Shown: piece after piece, positions 24,401 to 41,286 of the stretch
How positions within the stretch are numbered: the stretch's first letter is position 1
Layout of the letters: every line of letters begins with the position of its first letter
Assembly (NCBI RefSeq): GCF_964204645.1
Contig: NC_134034.1
Span: 13,839,062 to 13,903,061 of the forward strand
Direction of reading: 5' to 3'
Length of the DNA stretch: 64,000 nucleotides
From: Tubulanus polymorphus
Taxonomy: Eukaryota; Animalia; Nemertea
The notes under the pieces: model-generated
The model's input: only the letters and a program-made list of their open reading frames with translations
Databases searched by the model: none
What the model was told of the DNA's origin: nothing
Made by a program: the position numbers and the translations under genes

Positions 24401-26229
24401 TTTGAGTTGGGGGGGGGGGGGGCAGAGAACCAAAAAAGGTACTGTTCCAAAATCCCCCCTAATCTCTCGATTGATATTGCTGTATTTCAGGGAGATCATT
24501 TTGTAATAAAGAACGTTACTCGAGAAGATCGAGGTATTTATCGCTGCACTGCGACTAACAACGTTCCACCTCCAAACACTAACGATATCGAATTGAGAGT
24601 ATTTTATGCCCCTTTCGCGCGTCCGTTTCGCACTACTATTGGACAGATGCCGGATAAAAACTACAAAGCTGAACTCGATTGTATCGTATCAGGTGAGAAT
24701 TGTTAAAATGTAGTTGTTTTCAATGAAAGTCGTATTGTACAACTTGTTTGTATTGAAGTACTTAACACACTAGCTGTATGAGTTACATTTTGTATTCATG
24801 GTTTAAAGCTGGTTAAAAACAAATAGATAATTAACTCAAGTTTTTTTTCATATGGGGAGGGGGCGGCGACCATATTTAGTAGGCTGAAGAATTTGAGTTC
24901 ATCCGGTTGTATGACAACTAGTGCTATGTAGCGGAATTCACTATTTGATCTACACCGAGAACCTTAGCGTCAGTTGTATATCGCTATCGCGACCCCTGGT
25001 GGTGGTTCACGCCGCGAACCGGAAACTCTCGGGACTGGATGAATATTGGTTCAGCGCTTTCTTCATCTTTATCTGTTTCAGGTTATCCGGATCCCAAAAT
25101 ACGATGGTACATGCACGGTCACGACGGTTCGAAACAGCTGATTGAACGCGACTCTAAACATTACGTCGTTGAAACGACACCGAAAGGGGCCAGCGATTTG
25201 AAACAGGATGAAAAGTGGTGCACGTTAATCATTACGAATTTACAATCGGGAAACTTTGGAAACTACAGCTGTGAAGGGGTGTCACCCCTGGGAAAACATT
25301 CGGCTGTTATAACGCTTTACAGTGAGTACGATGTTTAAACCCTCGACAGAAATACGGTGTTTCTCCTGGATCCAGTTCCACAGTTATGAGTTAGAGTTAA
25401 CTCTGAACTCAGGACCCGGTTCCACAGTTATGAGTTAGAGTTAACTCTGAACTCAGGATCTAGTTCCACAGTTATGAGTTAGAGTTAACTCTGAACTCAG
25501 GACCCGGTTCCACAGTTATGAGTTAGAGTTAACTCTGAACTCAGGACCCAGTTCCACAGTTATGAGTTAGAGTTAACTCTGAACTCAGGATCCAGTTCCA
25601 CAGTTATGAGTTAGAGTTAACTCTGAACTCAGGACCCAGTTCCACAGTTATGAGTTAGAGTTAACTCTGAACTCAGGATCCGGTTCCACAGTTGTGAGTA
25701 AGAGTTAACTGTGAACTCAGGACCCGGTTCCACAGTTATGAGTTAGAGTTAACTCTGAACTCAGGATCCAGTTCCACAGTTATGAGTTAGAGTTAACTCT
25801 GAACTCAGGACCCAGTTCCACAGTTATGAGTTAGAGTTAACTCTGAACTCAGGATCCGGTTCCACAGTTGTGAGTAAGAGTTAACTGTGAACTCAGGACC
25901 CGGTTCCACAGTTATGAGTTAGAGTTAACTCTGAGTTGAAGTTAGTTCATTTTCAATGTTTTAATTCTAGAGTCAAATTTAACTCAGAACTGTGAAACTG
26001 GACCCAGGTGAACAATCATGAGTTATATAATCCAGCAGCAGTTAATCCAAACATTATAGTTTGTATCGTGTATTAATATGTTTTATTTTCAAACTGTCTA
26101 TTTTTAGGTACACCGACGTGTCAGGGTAGAATCTGCCCGATGGAGAGTATATTGTCATCTGGTCAACGACGATTGGCTAACGGATTAATGACGTCATTGA
26201 TAGCGATAGTAATAGCTGTCGGTGTTTAA
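21423..26229 (+). CDS. Lachesin-like IgSF cell-adhesion protein: signal peptide, three Ig domains, probable GPI signal; 8 exons
   Basis: Exons about 21423-21492, 22009-22115, 23157-23241, 23535-23708, 24060-24217, 24491-24692, 25082-25322, 26108-26229. DAGKYRC, DRGIYRC..ATNNVPP, NFGNYSC; terminal CQGRIC plus hydrophobic tail. Confidence 0.85.
21558..21970 (+). repeat. 39-bp minisatellite (TCCAGTTCCACAGTTGTGTGGGTTTAATTTGACTCTGAA), about 10 copies, lachesin intron 1
   Basis: Direct reading; same family as 60590-61030. Confidence 0.92.
23838..24024. repeat. About 39-bp tandem repeat (GTTCCTGGAACGATATGCCCAATTCGCTCGGCACTAGAA), about 5 copies, intronic
   Basis: Direct reading. Confidence 0.9.
25369..26004. 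mobile_element. Harbinger-like MITE whose left 44 bp is tandemly amplified 13 times
   Basis: Left end CTG|GATCCAGTTCCACAGTTATGAGTT, right end AACTCAGAACTGTGAAACTGGACC|CAG (inverted match, CWG flanks). Only the last unit continues into the element body. Confidence 0.8.
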
Positions 26230-26835
26230 ATGATAACATATAATGATGCATTATGTTTATGATGCGATGCACGTTTTATTACAAGCGCAATTTATCTCAA
26301 GTTCAAGTTTCATCTTGTTAAATTAGGTGATCATCAGATTCTGAGATTTGTTACTAGCTCCCTGACTATTTCCTGACATACCAGTTGTTTTTTCCCCTGA
26401 CTTGATCTGCTAAGAATCCAATCAATTAACACAGGCAAACAAACTGTTCGATGTAACACGTGATCTAGCAATCGTAATAAAATAACTGACTTATCCCTGA
26501 TTTTTAGTATCTGACAAAATTCACCGACTAATCCCTGACTTTTCAAAAGAAAATTCCCTGACTAATCCCTGATTTCCCAGGTAAGTGGCGCCACCCTGAT
26601 TATCTAAAGTCAAATTGAGGTCCGAGTTAAAATTTGAATATAGAAAACAAATTGAGATTTAAATCTGATGCTAAACGTTTACTCACAGTTAAACATTAAC
26701 TCACAGTTACCAAGGATCGAGTACCGGATTTTAGTAGCTGTAATCTAGTAATGACTAGGTAATATTTGATTCTAGGATTTCTGACTAGTATTAAGTTGAG
26801 TACGTGAGAACTAGCCCCCCCCCCCCCGTTAGACG

Positions 26836-30653
<3,818 letters not shown>

Positions 30654-31239
30654 CTTTCTATAATATTCACAGAGCTTAGCCTCGTCCGTGTCGGTACTGG
30701 TAATATATAGAAATCGAGAGCATTATATCTGCATGTATGTAGGCTTAGTGTGAATATAATCAAATACACGGTTAATGATCGACCAAAGTTCGAAGCTCAG
30801 CTCTGTCGCAGTTTAACGTGCCGCCGTGTGACACTGACTCATTATCAGTCGACTGCACATAGCTGCGATACATCCATGCTGTATCCGGTCGAGTTTTCTT
30901 CTTCTGTGCGCGGCTTTCTAAGTTAATGCTGCAGTTGTATTTTCAACTGAAGCTCTGATTACAATGAATACATATTGTGTAGTCTGATATGTTGATTACG
31001 AATTAAGCACATAATGATAATAGATTTAGCAATATCATAATATTATTTTAATCATTTTATGTAGTAGTAAGATATATGGAATATTATGAACATTTGGATA
31101 TGAAATCGTAGATATCTATGATTATAAATTTTGTGACATGTACGTTGTAAGTAGATATGATGCGTGTGAATTGATAATCAATTAACGTTAAAAAGAAACC
31201 CAATATCCATAAATTACAAGCGGCTTTTGGAACCACGCT

Positions 31240-31625
31240 AATTGATAATCAAAATAGGATATAACGATATGTTGTTAACGCGTAGTATCACATTTCAATT
31301 CTGCTCACGACGGAGACCAGCTAAACGAATTAACCAGTAAGAAAATTTAAATCAAGATTTCTCAATTAATAATATGATTAAGTAAGTAACGAATTGAATT
31401 CTACTCTAGCCTTCTCCTATTTCCTTTTTTCTGCAATAAGTTTGGTATCTGTGGACGCGTGTACCATTTTTGACGCAGTTCCACAGTTAACATTTTAAAT
31501 GGAGTAAAATGGCGATTTTGATCACGACATTAAAACTTGGTAAGGGTCTACTAGTTAAAAAGTCATAGGCTGATATGCGTCTCAAGCAAAAACGTTTCTT
31601 TCTCTTTTCAGCATGCGGATCTCTA
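31240..31625 (+). pseudogene. Remnant 5' end of a fourth Ig-cluster paralogue (upstream region, acceptor, first codons)
   Basis: 31240-31520 aligns by eye with 32641-32900 upstream of copy A; CAGCATGCGGATCT at about 31609 is identical to the copy C acceptor and start. Confidence 0.6.
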
Positions 31626-31694
31626 CCATCCATCCTCGCTTACCAGGGTTTGATATCGACCTCACGAAACAAATCAACTCTAGCTAGATCCTAC

Positions 31695-31820
31695 ATGGCC
31701 GATACAACAGATCCATCTTCCTCACTCAACGAGCGAGATCAACACATCCTACGAGACGGCCTGGAAGTATAGACCCGCAAATTGGGCATGTGCTTCAAAG
31801 CGGATAAGTGATTCGTGGTT
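31695..31820 (+). mobile_element. Degenerate LINE reverse-transcriptase fragment
   Basis: Translates as DQHILRDGLEV*TRKLGMCFKADK*FV, matching DQHRLQEDLDKLSDWAKKWQMTFHPDKCVV in the intact ORF2 of this window. Confidence 0.6.
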
Positions 31821-33392
31821 AGCTCAACAACAGCTTCCTTCGATTTCATGACTGAATGTTATTTGTATTTTGAGTAACGTCGCGACTGAATTGAGGATTC
31901 TGAATGAGGCCCGTCCTAGGTACTGAGCATGGGTTTCAGAAATACAGTAGACACGAACTAGGGTGAGAGTCCAGCCAATCATTTTTGCTTGGAAATATCG
32001 CAATCGACGGAATGATGAGAAGAAAAAATTGGCTTTAATAGCATTGATAATCGATTACTAAACGGTGTAGATTACAGAAAATTCCGTAACCGGTAACACT
32101 CCAGAAGAGTCTTTTAAACTTAATTTGCAAAAAAATTTTGCTCAAAGAGTTTTATAATTAGTCCTTGTTTTTAAAAACAAAATAAATATATTGTATTACT
32201 ATAATTGTAATTACTAAATAAATGATGTTTACTCGATTCGTGTTTCTAATCTAGAGGATATCAGCGACATTCATTTTTCATTATGGCAAATAAACAATGG
32301 ATGCTTAAGTCGTACAGTAGTTGCTGGGTCCATCAAATAGTTCTGTTAACTACTATCGATCGGAACTTGCAGCCAGCAACACGTAAAAACATCATTTATG
32401 AGAAATGGAAAACGATGAACTTTGTTTGAAGCAAAATAAACCTAAGACCTAATGTAGTTGATTGATAAAAGGCCATACAGTAAAAATGTCATTTGTCGAT
32501 GCATGAATGTTATCATACGCGGCACAATGAATATAAGTGCAAGTTCAACACTTCCTGGAAATTAGGTATAGGACGCGACGCAAGAGCGACACAATCTATA
32601 TCTATAATTATTAGCGAAATCCAGAGACTGCTGATACAATAATTGATAATCAAAAATGAATCCAACCATATGTCGTTTAGTATGAAATATTATTTCAATC
32701 TTCCGGAGACCAGCAAACACAACGAGAGTGCGAGAAAATATTCATCAAATCAATTTTCTTTATCAATCAAATAATTAAGTAAGTGATGAATTTAATTGAA
32801 GTTTTTTTCTTTCTCCTGCAATAAGTTTAAGTAATTAAGTAAAGATTTTCGACGCAGTTCCACAGTTAACATTTCAATTGGACTAAAATGGTGATTTTAT
32901 ATTCAAACCCGTTCAAACCCAAACATGCTAACTTTCTTAATTTCAAACCGCTAGCCTGTGCTAACTTAATTTCGAAGAAAATTTTTCAAAAAATAACGGG
33001 TTCTCTTAAGTTTATTACTAGATTAAGTAAGTGATGAATTAAGAATTAAATTTCCCATTTATCTAATTTTAATTCTATTATTTCGCTTTCATTTTGTTTT
33101 TAATGAAAATGCATTAAGAAGCAGCCAGCTTCACGAAGAAGTTTAAGCTTAAAGCGGTTATTTCTAATTTTGTTGTCCTATAATTTGAAAACCTGAGGTA
33201 ACTAATAGCAATTACACCTTTGATCTTAACCATGATAAAGTTTTTTTTGTGAAACCGGTCGATGTGAGCGTGTGTCACGTGTCTACAGGCGCTACAACCA
33301 TTTTGGGAAGCCGACTCATGACCTTAAAGTCACGTGGTCTTGTGGTATAAATCTATTTTTTGTGAAAAATCTCAATTTTTTCAGTACTGGGT

Positions 33393-36300
33393 ATGAGGAT
33401 CTATTACGTCCAAGTACTTCTGGCGTTGGCCTTGGTCCCATTGTTTGACACCACTGGAACTCAGGTCATGACTGTAGAAAAACTTAAAAACGCTCAATGG
33501 TGGTTTGATTGCGGGGTAAGCTGGAGAGAGGGTTGTATCGGTATTATAAACTGCATCCGGTACCAAACCTCATTATATTCGACTCGTTTAAACGTATCTG
33601 TATTTTCGGAACGAGGCAATTTCAATTCAAAATTGAACTGCAAATCTACGAGGAGTTTTCTTTCAGGATCCCGGTGTTACAAACCTAAATGAAATTAAAA
33701 TAGAAAAAGACAATGAAGTCCAGGAAACAGGAGCGAACCCGACGACGACTACATTCGTCGTGGCGACAGGAACGACTGTAAACTCCCCTTACAACTCGAA
33801 TTCGGACAGAACAGCAACAGATGTCACCACCACAAGTATCCAGTACAAAATCGGTAATATAAAATATACATCAATATCATTAGAATAACCCGTACACCCA
33901 TCGTGGAGAACAGATAATAAATCAAAAACCCTCCAAGAAATAAACTTAATTTGCTGCAATGGCAGCAACTGTTATGAAATGGTATAATTATCATACCACC
34001 ATTATAGCACGGTTATAACAGCGACAGAATGAGTGACTGCTTTATTGTTCATTCACAGCTGCACAAAAAGCCGAACTATTTGACAGCGGTGTTTACTACT
34101 GTCTGATAAACAATGTACGACAACCGGCAATAACTGCTGAATTAAAAGTAACAGGTAAATCATAAGCTGATCTGAAATGAATCTAACTCGGAATCTGATC
34201 GAAAGGCTACGGAACTCACGTCAGAGTTATGTTGAACCTACACAACTATAGAACTGAATTCAAAGTTACTAATGAAACCCTCAAAACGAGAATAGAAATG
34301 TGTTCTGAGGCGAACCGTAGAACCGAGGTCTTACTCTATTATGCGTTTTGCTTATCGTGTTTTCCAGACACTCCTGTTGTCCAGTGGATCTCCAATGGAA
34401 ACGTCATCACGTCTGCAGCTACGGGCACTATTGACTTGCGAACAACCGGAAGTGCAACGACCCTCCAATGCAAGGTCACTGTTGAAAGCACGAAAGCGGT
34501 GATAAGCATTGTATCAAATGGTATTTCTAAGGAAATCAACCCGTCAGATGCTGGCTGGACTGCAACGTATCAGACCTCTGCTAACTGTCCTAACAGGTAT
34601 TAGAATTCAGTGAATTTTCACTAACAAAAGCTAATTATACCAAATGTTGACAAGAATAAACTTACTTTCCAATTTTTAAACGAATAAGAGACCAAAACTT
34701 CTGTATTCCTCAAAACTACTACTCAGTTCGACACCGACCCGGAGAAAACTTAATTGAGTGAGAATCAAGATTCTACAGTATATCTAACTCTTAGTATTTG
34801 ACTCAACTATCGGGTTGAATTTTACCTCAGTAATAGAGTTTACTGTAATTCTCGAACTGTAACTATTGAAACTATTTTCAGCACTCACTCGGGTTAGAAT
34901 TTTTTTCAGCTTCAAGTTTATTGAGTAAGGGATGGAGTTTAATGATTCTGTTGTTTTAGCAAATGCTCTGTTCAGTATGAATACACCTGGAGCGCTTGGA
35001 ACGGAAGTGCTTACGATCAATTTACCTACCAGGCGAACGGTAACGCCATCTGGTGTGCAGCAACGAATGATATCGGTTTGAAGGCGTCGAGCAGTATTAA
35101 TTTGGATGTACAATGTAAGTTTGAATATCTCGCTTACCAGGGTAGGTTTGATTATGCTTTGTTTATTTCTACTTGGCAAACTGGTCCGTGCAATTTAGTG
35201 GACTGATACGTGGATATTGTATACCTGTATCGATGGAACAAACGTAGTTTTTGGGGAAGTGTTGATAGCAGTAATGACAAGAACTCAAAGTCCCACCAAT
35301 AAAATCCGGAACTTCGAATATAAATGCATACCCCTAAAGAGCAAAGGAGATAACTGGTTTTCACCTATCTCTATTACAGACGGAATGATCAACTTCAAAA
35401 TAGCTCCATTAGTTCTGACGATCCAACAACACAACCAACCATTAACGTTCATTGCCAGTTTCAAATCGAACCCGAAAACTTGCAACATCACTTGGTACAA
35501 AACCTCCACCCAGAATCAGACATTGGACGCTACATCACTGCTCCCCGCCTACCAGTGGACAGACTCGGTAGGTAGGACTGGGGCAATCCATATAGTAGAT
35601 TATAACCTGTAACAGGTCCACGCGTCCCTGTCACAGCAGTTTGTTTCGCTGCGTGAAGTTTCTTAACCATCATTTGAAAAATATGCTGTAGTTCTATAAT
35701 GTTATATTCAACCAAGAAACAGAGGCCCCTGAGGTCTAGATATAACATTGTTCATTTTAGGTTGTCCAACAAACTTACGTATCAGTGATCATTGGCAGAC
35801 AGGCCACGAAACAAGATGAAGGGTATTACCACGCTAAATGCGGCGCTGATATTGTTACAGCTCAATTGCTGTATAAGGCGTACACCACAGGTGAGGATCC
35901 GATGGAACTAAATACCTCACTAACATACCTCACTAAATACCTCACTAATATACCTCACTAATAAACCTCAGCTTGAAACGTTTGAGCGCATTTCATAAGA
36001 CTTCTTGTATACGACATTAGCCTTTAGAAATTAAATAACGTGCGTCACGGACTCGGATCAAACCAGGCTATAATGTGATGCGGACTTGTGGAGGAAGCAT
36101 TAACTGATAATTACCTAATTTGGTTTTAACTAATACACGATGAAATGAAGTGAAATATAGGTGTCGGTTTTCGGTCATACAGGATACACGATATTGAACA
36201 TGAGAGCGATGATATTCGATTTGGTTTTGTTCCCGAAAATCATTATCCCGATGTTGAATTGGATGTCGATCTACGACGCTTATACGATTCAAAATGTCAC

Positions 36301-36442
36301 TCAACGAACAACTACAACTACAACTACAACTACAACTGCGCAAGCGCCGATTGAGCAACAACCGCTGATTGAGCAACAACCGCCGATTGAGCAACAACCG
36401 CCGATTGAGCAACAACCGCCGATTGAGCAACAACCGCCGTAA
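33393..36442 (+). CDS. Ig-cluster copy A: signal peptide, V-like Ig, second Ig, degenerate third Ig, hydrophobic motif, T- and PIEQQP-repeat tail; 8 coding exons
   Basis: Exons about 33393-33515, 33667-33853, 34059-34154, 34368-34596, 34960-35113, 35379-35567, 35761-35890, 36183-36442, phases compatible. FDC..DSGVYYC; LQC..WCAATN; ITWYK..DEGYY. Confidence 0.85.
36348..36439 (+). repeat. Coding 18-bp repeat x5 (PIEQQP) preceded by an (ACAACT)n poly-Thr run
   Basis: Direct reading. Confidence 0.9.
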
Positions 36443-37070
36443 GTAGTTGAAGAAATAATGGAATTTCCAGATGCTGTATAAGACATTATTAAAACGAACA
36501 GTGTAGATTTATCAAGGGTGCTTCAACGCCGCGTTTAGGGATTGCTATTGAAATGGCTCAAAGTTATCTATCAAAGCCGTCGAGGTTACAGTGTGATGAC
36601 ACTAAGTATCCTTCTTTCGGTATAAATAATTAATCATGTCAATCAATTCACAAATCGCTAAAAAACGAGTAAAAAAACTAATTTGTACGTTGAGATCACG
36701 TGTTCAGAAATACCGATGCTGACCCGGCCAATATATACGTGTTCACTGTCAGAAGGAAGTATATACATATAGTCTCAGCAGAGAAATTACGATTCGGATC
36801 CTTGAAACACAATAGATTTCTGGATATAGAAGTTTCTAGTTTCTATACGCCATGTTGCGAGGTCCCCGAGGTTCTCGAGGTCCCCATTTAAATCGCCCGT
36901 ACTAATTGAATACGTGGTGCATTGCTTATGAAATGACAGAACACTATAAATATCGGCCGATTAAACCTACTACTATACACTAATAGCGAAAGTTCGTGCG
37001 CCAAATTAACCTTAAAATACTATTTTTCTCGTTGCATTTGAGTTTTTTTGAAGAAGAAAGTCCGTCATGG

Positions 37071-39680
37071 TTGTTTTATGGCACCGGATCTCAGGTCACG
37101 ACTGTGCAAAAACAAGCGAACGCCGTATGGTCGTTTGAATGCTGGGTAAGCGGAAAGAAAATCTAAATTGCTGTAAGACTGTTGGTCCAAGCAATATAAA
37201 CCTTAGCGAATTTGTTGGAATTTTCTTTTCAGGCTGGTACTGTGACAAGCTTAGATCAGTGGCAAGTAGAAAAAGTCAATGAAGTCCAGGAAACAGGAGC
37301 GAACCCGACGACGACTTCATTCGTCGTGGCGACAGGAACGACTGTAAATTCCCCTTACAACTCGAATTCGGACAGAACAGTAACAGGCGTCGGCACTACA
37401 AGGATCACGTATAAAATCGGTAAATTTATTACTAAGAATGACGCGATATCGTGTGGCAAACGAGCATCCGCCCTGACCCATCTACATCGTCGTGAATGCG
37501 TTTAAATCAATGGATTCTGGTGATACAAGTAGCAACGAACGGTTCCACCTATGGCAAGCAAAGATCGATCGTACGGTGTCTTTCGTTCGGATTCAGTTTG
37601 TCCTGTTGTGTTTGCTTGTTGTATCGAGATTGAGTTTGCTTGTATCTTTTTGTTCATTCACAGCTGCTCAAAAAGCCGAACTATTTGACAGCGGTGTTTA
37701 CTACTGTATGATAAACAATGTACGACAACAGCCCCTAACTGCCGAATTAAAAGTAACAGGTAAATTAAGTGAATTATGTAATGATCTGAAGCAAGTGAAA
37801 TGATACCGATAATTGGACCCACAACTGTAGAACAAAGAGTCAAATTAAAAACAAATAACTGTGGGCCACTGCTTATCGTGTTTTCTAGACACTCCTGTTG
37901 TCCAGTGGATCTCCAATGGAAACGTGCTCACGTCTGCAGCTACGGGCACTATTGACTTGCGAACAACCGGAAGTGCAACGACCCTCCAATGCAAGGTCAC
38001 TGTTGAAAGCACGAAAGCGGTGATAAGCATTGTATCAAATGGTATTTCTAAGGAAATCAACCCGTCAGATGCTGGCTGGACTGTAACGTATCAGACCGGC
38101 GCCAACTGTCCTAACAGGTATTAGACTTAAGTGACTTTTCCTTATAATGCTTAGTGTTTGAGCCGCAACGCTAGTCCGAACGCTGTGGCCGCTTCGATGT
38201 TTAGTACTGGAATCCATCACTGGTCCAGGAGACACGCATTCGCTTAACGAGTGATGTGGTATCGAGGTAATTAGATGGGTCTTAATGATTCCAGAATAAA
38301 TCTTCTGCTGTAAATGTATTTTTCACCTAAATAATTCAATTAACGACGAGATATTTTTGCGAGTAACGTTTTGTTTTTGCAGCAAGTGCCATGTTCAGTA
38401 TGAATACATCTGGAGCGCTTGGGACGCGAATGCAAACGCTTACGATCAATTCACCTACCAGATGAACGGTAACGCCATCTGGTGTATAGCTACGAATGCA
38501 ATGGGTTTGAAGGGGTCCAGCAATATCAATTTGGACGTTCAATGTAAGTATCTCTCGTTTCCAAGGTGTCGGTCGGGAAGTGTTTCGGTTAGTCTGATGC
38601 AAAGGTTTGCTATTTCTGATTCATATCAAATGTTTGATGCAAAATGTAGCCTAATCTTTCCATAAATCCTGACCCCCGAAAGCAACGATACACCCTCTCC
38701 CCACCCCAATGGAAATGATAGCACGTCGTTTTCTGCCTATTACAGACGGAATGACCAACTTCAAAATAGCGCCGGAAGTTCTGACAATCGAACATCGAAA
38801 CCAACCAATGTCGTTCGTTGCCAGTTTCAAATCGAACCCGAAAACCTGCAACATCACTTGGTACAAAACGTCTACCCACAATCAGACATTGGACGCTACA
38901 TCACTGCTCCCCGCCTACCAGTGGACAGACTCGGTAGGTAGGACTGGGGCAATCATACAGTAGATTATAACCTGTAACAGGTCCACGCGTCCCTGTCACA
39001 GCAGTTTGTTTCGCTGCGTGAAGTTTCTTAACCATCATTTGAAAAATATGCTGTAGTTCTATAATGTTATATTCAACCAAGAAACAGAGGCCCCTGAGGT
39101 CTAGATATAACATTGTTCATTTTAGGTTGTCCAACAAACTTACGTATCAGTGATCATTGGCAGACAGGCCACGAAACAAGATGAAGGGTATTACCACGCT
39201 AAATGCGGCGCTGATGTTGTTACAGCTCAACTGGTTTATAACGGCATTGAACCACTGATCCCATGGCAGCTATACGCTAACGGTAAGAATGAACAAGAGA
39301 TGTTGTCCTTGCCTTCGCTAGCCTACAAAGACCTATCCTTATGTAGACTTCCGGAAAAGATGGCTACCTCTATGTGATTCATTATGACGTCATTGAATAC
39401 CTAGCTTATAGTGCCCCTTCGAGAAAAGATGATTGGTTGATTTCACATAAGAGGCGTACTAGTAATAATCTGCAATTGAAATATTGCCTTTATTACAGGA
39501 TCCACGATATTAGACATTAGAGCGCTCATATTCGATTTGATTTTGTACCCGAAAATCATTGTACCGATGGTTAAACAGATGCCGGCCTATCAGGATTATA
39601 TAACTCAACTTGCAGCTCAGCAACTACAGCAATCTCAGCAGCAACCAGCTCAACCTGCTCAACCGCCCCCAGCGCCATAG
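37071..39680 (+). CDS. Ig-cluster copy B: same 8-exon layout, but no in-frame ATG or full signal peptide visible (pseudogene or unseen upstream exon)
   Basis: LFYGTGSQVTTVQKQANAVWSFECW|gtaag; exons about 37233-37420, 37664-37759, 37889-38117, 38383-38543, 38745-38933, 39126-39282, 39499-39680. Upstream frame closed by TAA/TAG at 36981-36986 without ATG. Confidence 0.75.
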
Positions 39681-39907
39681 CCGGTTCAGCAGCAACCAGC
39701 AGCTCACCAAAAACAGACTCAGCAATAACTGGTTTTTAGGAACTTCGAATTTGTACTTAAATTAAATGCTTGTGCTTGACATCCAATAATAGAACAGAAT
39801 CAGATTTTCCAATTTTCTTCCTTGTTTCAATTATTTTGATTCGTATCCATTTAAAAGAATGCACCCGTGTGTCCGGATGTCGGATCCATAACCATTGTGG
39901 ACCCAGT

Positions 39908-39975
39908 GCCTCTCCGTCTCCGTCTCCGTCTCCCTCTCCCTCTCCCTCTCCCTCTCCCTCTCCCTCTCCCCCTCT
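39908..39975. repeat. (CTCCGT/CTCCCT)n pyrimidine hexamer repeat
   Basis: Direct reading. Confidence 0.9.
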
Positions 39976-41286
39976 ATATATTTCATTGGGGAACTGTTGA
40001 ATGATGAAGCACTTTTTGCATTTTTTCACTTTTATCAATATTTTCCAAAGCTAACAAAATGAGTGTTGCGTGCATTTAAACGACTTAATGACTGGCGTAG
40101 ATCGCGCTGATGCTGTAGCCAGGTTTGACTAGTTTGCCAGCCATCCATCGGAAATCAAGGTTATGAATCTGTCACCTGTCAGATGACCACGCCCACACCT
40201 ACACGTCAGGCACTGGCGGCGGATTCTCGTGGTTCCGGTAGGTACTCGTATCAACCCGATTCCACTGTGATATTTATTTTGCACGACTTGTATAATTGTA
40301 TGCATGTTTTAGACACGGATTGTTACAATATCATTTACCGTGATGTCAGGCCTTTGTATCCAGTTAATCTCTACGGGGTCTCCACCATAAGTGCTCTGGG
40401 CTTCCGGACTTATAGACAACGCAGTAAAAACGTTTTTCTGTCACGTCGATTATATGTATAAAGAACAACCAGGGTTTGTAGTAGTCGTAGGTGCGAAAAT
40501 ATGAAATACATCCTAACTTGTCCCAAAAATGTTTAGGGCACCACCTACATTGCTTTATACTGGCAACGGCACCGGATCAGTCTAAACTCATTTGAGTTCC
40601 ATAGACGGCCTGGCGACTTCAGACCAATCGATGCTTATTTTTGTTCTTAAATGGTTCTACAGCCGATTTAGGTGCTACTTCAGACCAGTGGGATACGAGA
40701 TAGGTTATAACCAATCAATTACGTAACCACTCTGGGACCAATCTGATTACATAGCGCTTGATGCCGTTACGGTATAGCTGGGTCCGCGGAACGATCAGAA
40801 ACCAATTAATATAAAATCGGAATTCTATATCTGCATATTGTTAGCGGGACCCACTTATAGAATGAGTAATTGATCATACAAATATATTTAACCATACGTT
40901 GTTTAGTTTCAAATTTCAATTTATCATTCTGTACTCACCGACCGTATTTACGTTACACAAACAAGAACGAATGCTCAAGAAGGTTTGAAGAAGAGAATAA
41001 ATCAACATTTATTAATTTACCATAGAATTAAGTGATGAGTTAAATCGAATTTTCCGCATCTATTTTCTAATTATTTTGATTCGTTTTTTTTTTTTACAAT
41101 TTCTTTGATAGAAATTAAAAATGATTTTGTGAGGTCATTTCGGACTACAAGTCGCACAGTAATGAGTTCCTCTCAAGTTACAGTGTATCGGTTGATTAGT
41201 CAAACTCAAAACGTAAACCTGGGTCCTGGTAAAAATGTATGAATGCATTAAACACGTTAAGCAAATATATTTTCTATTTTTACAGC

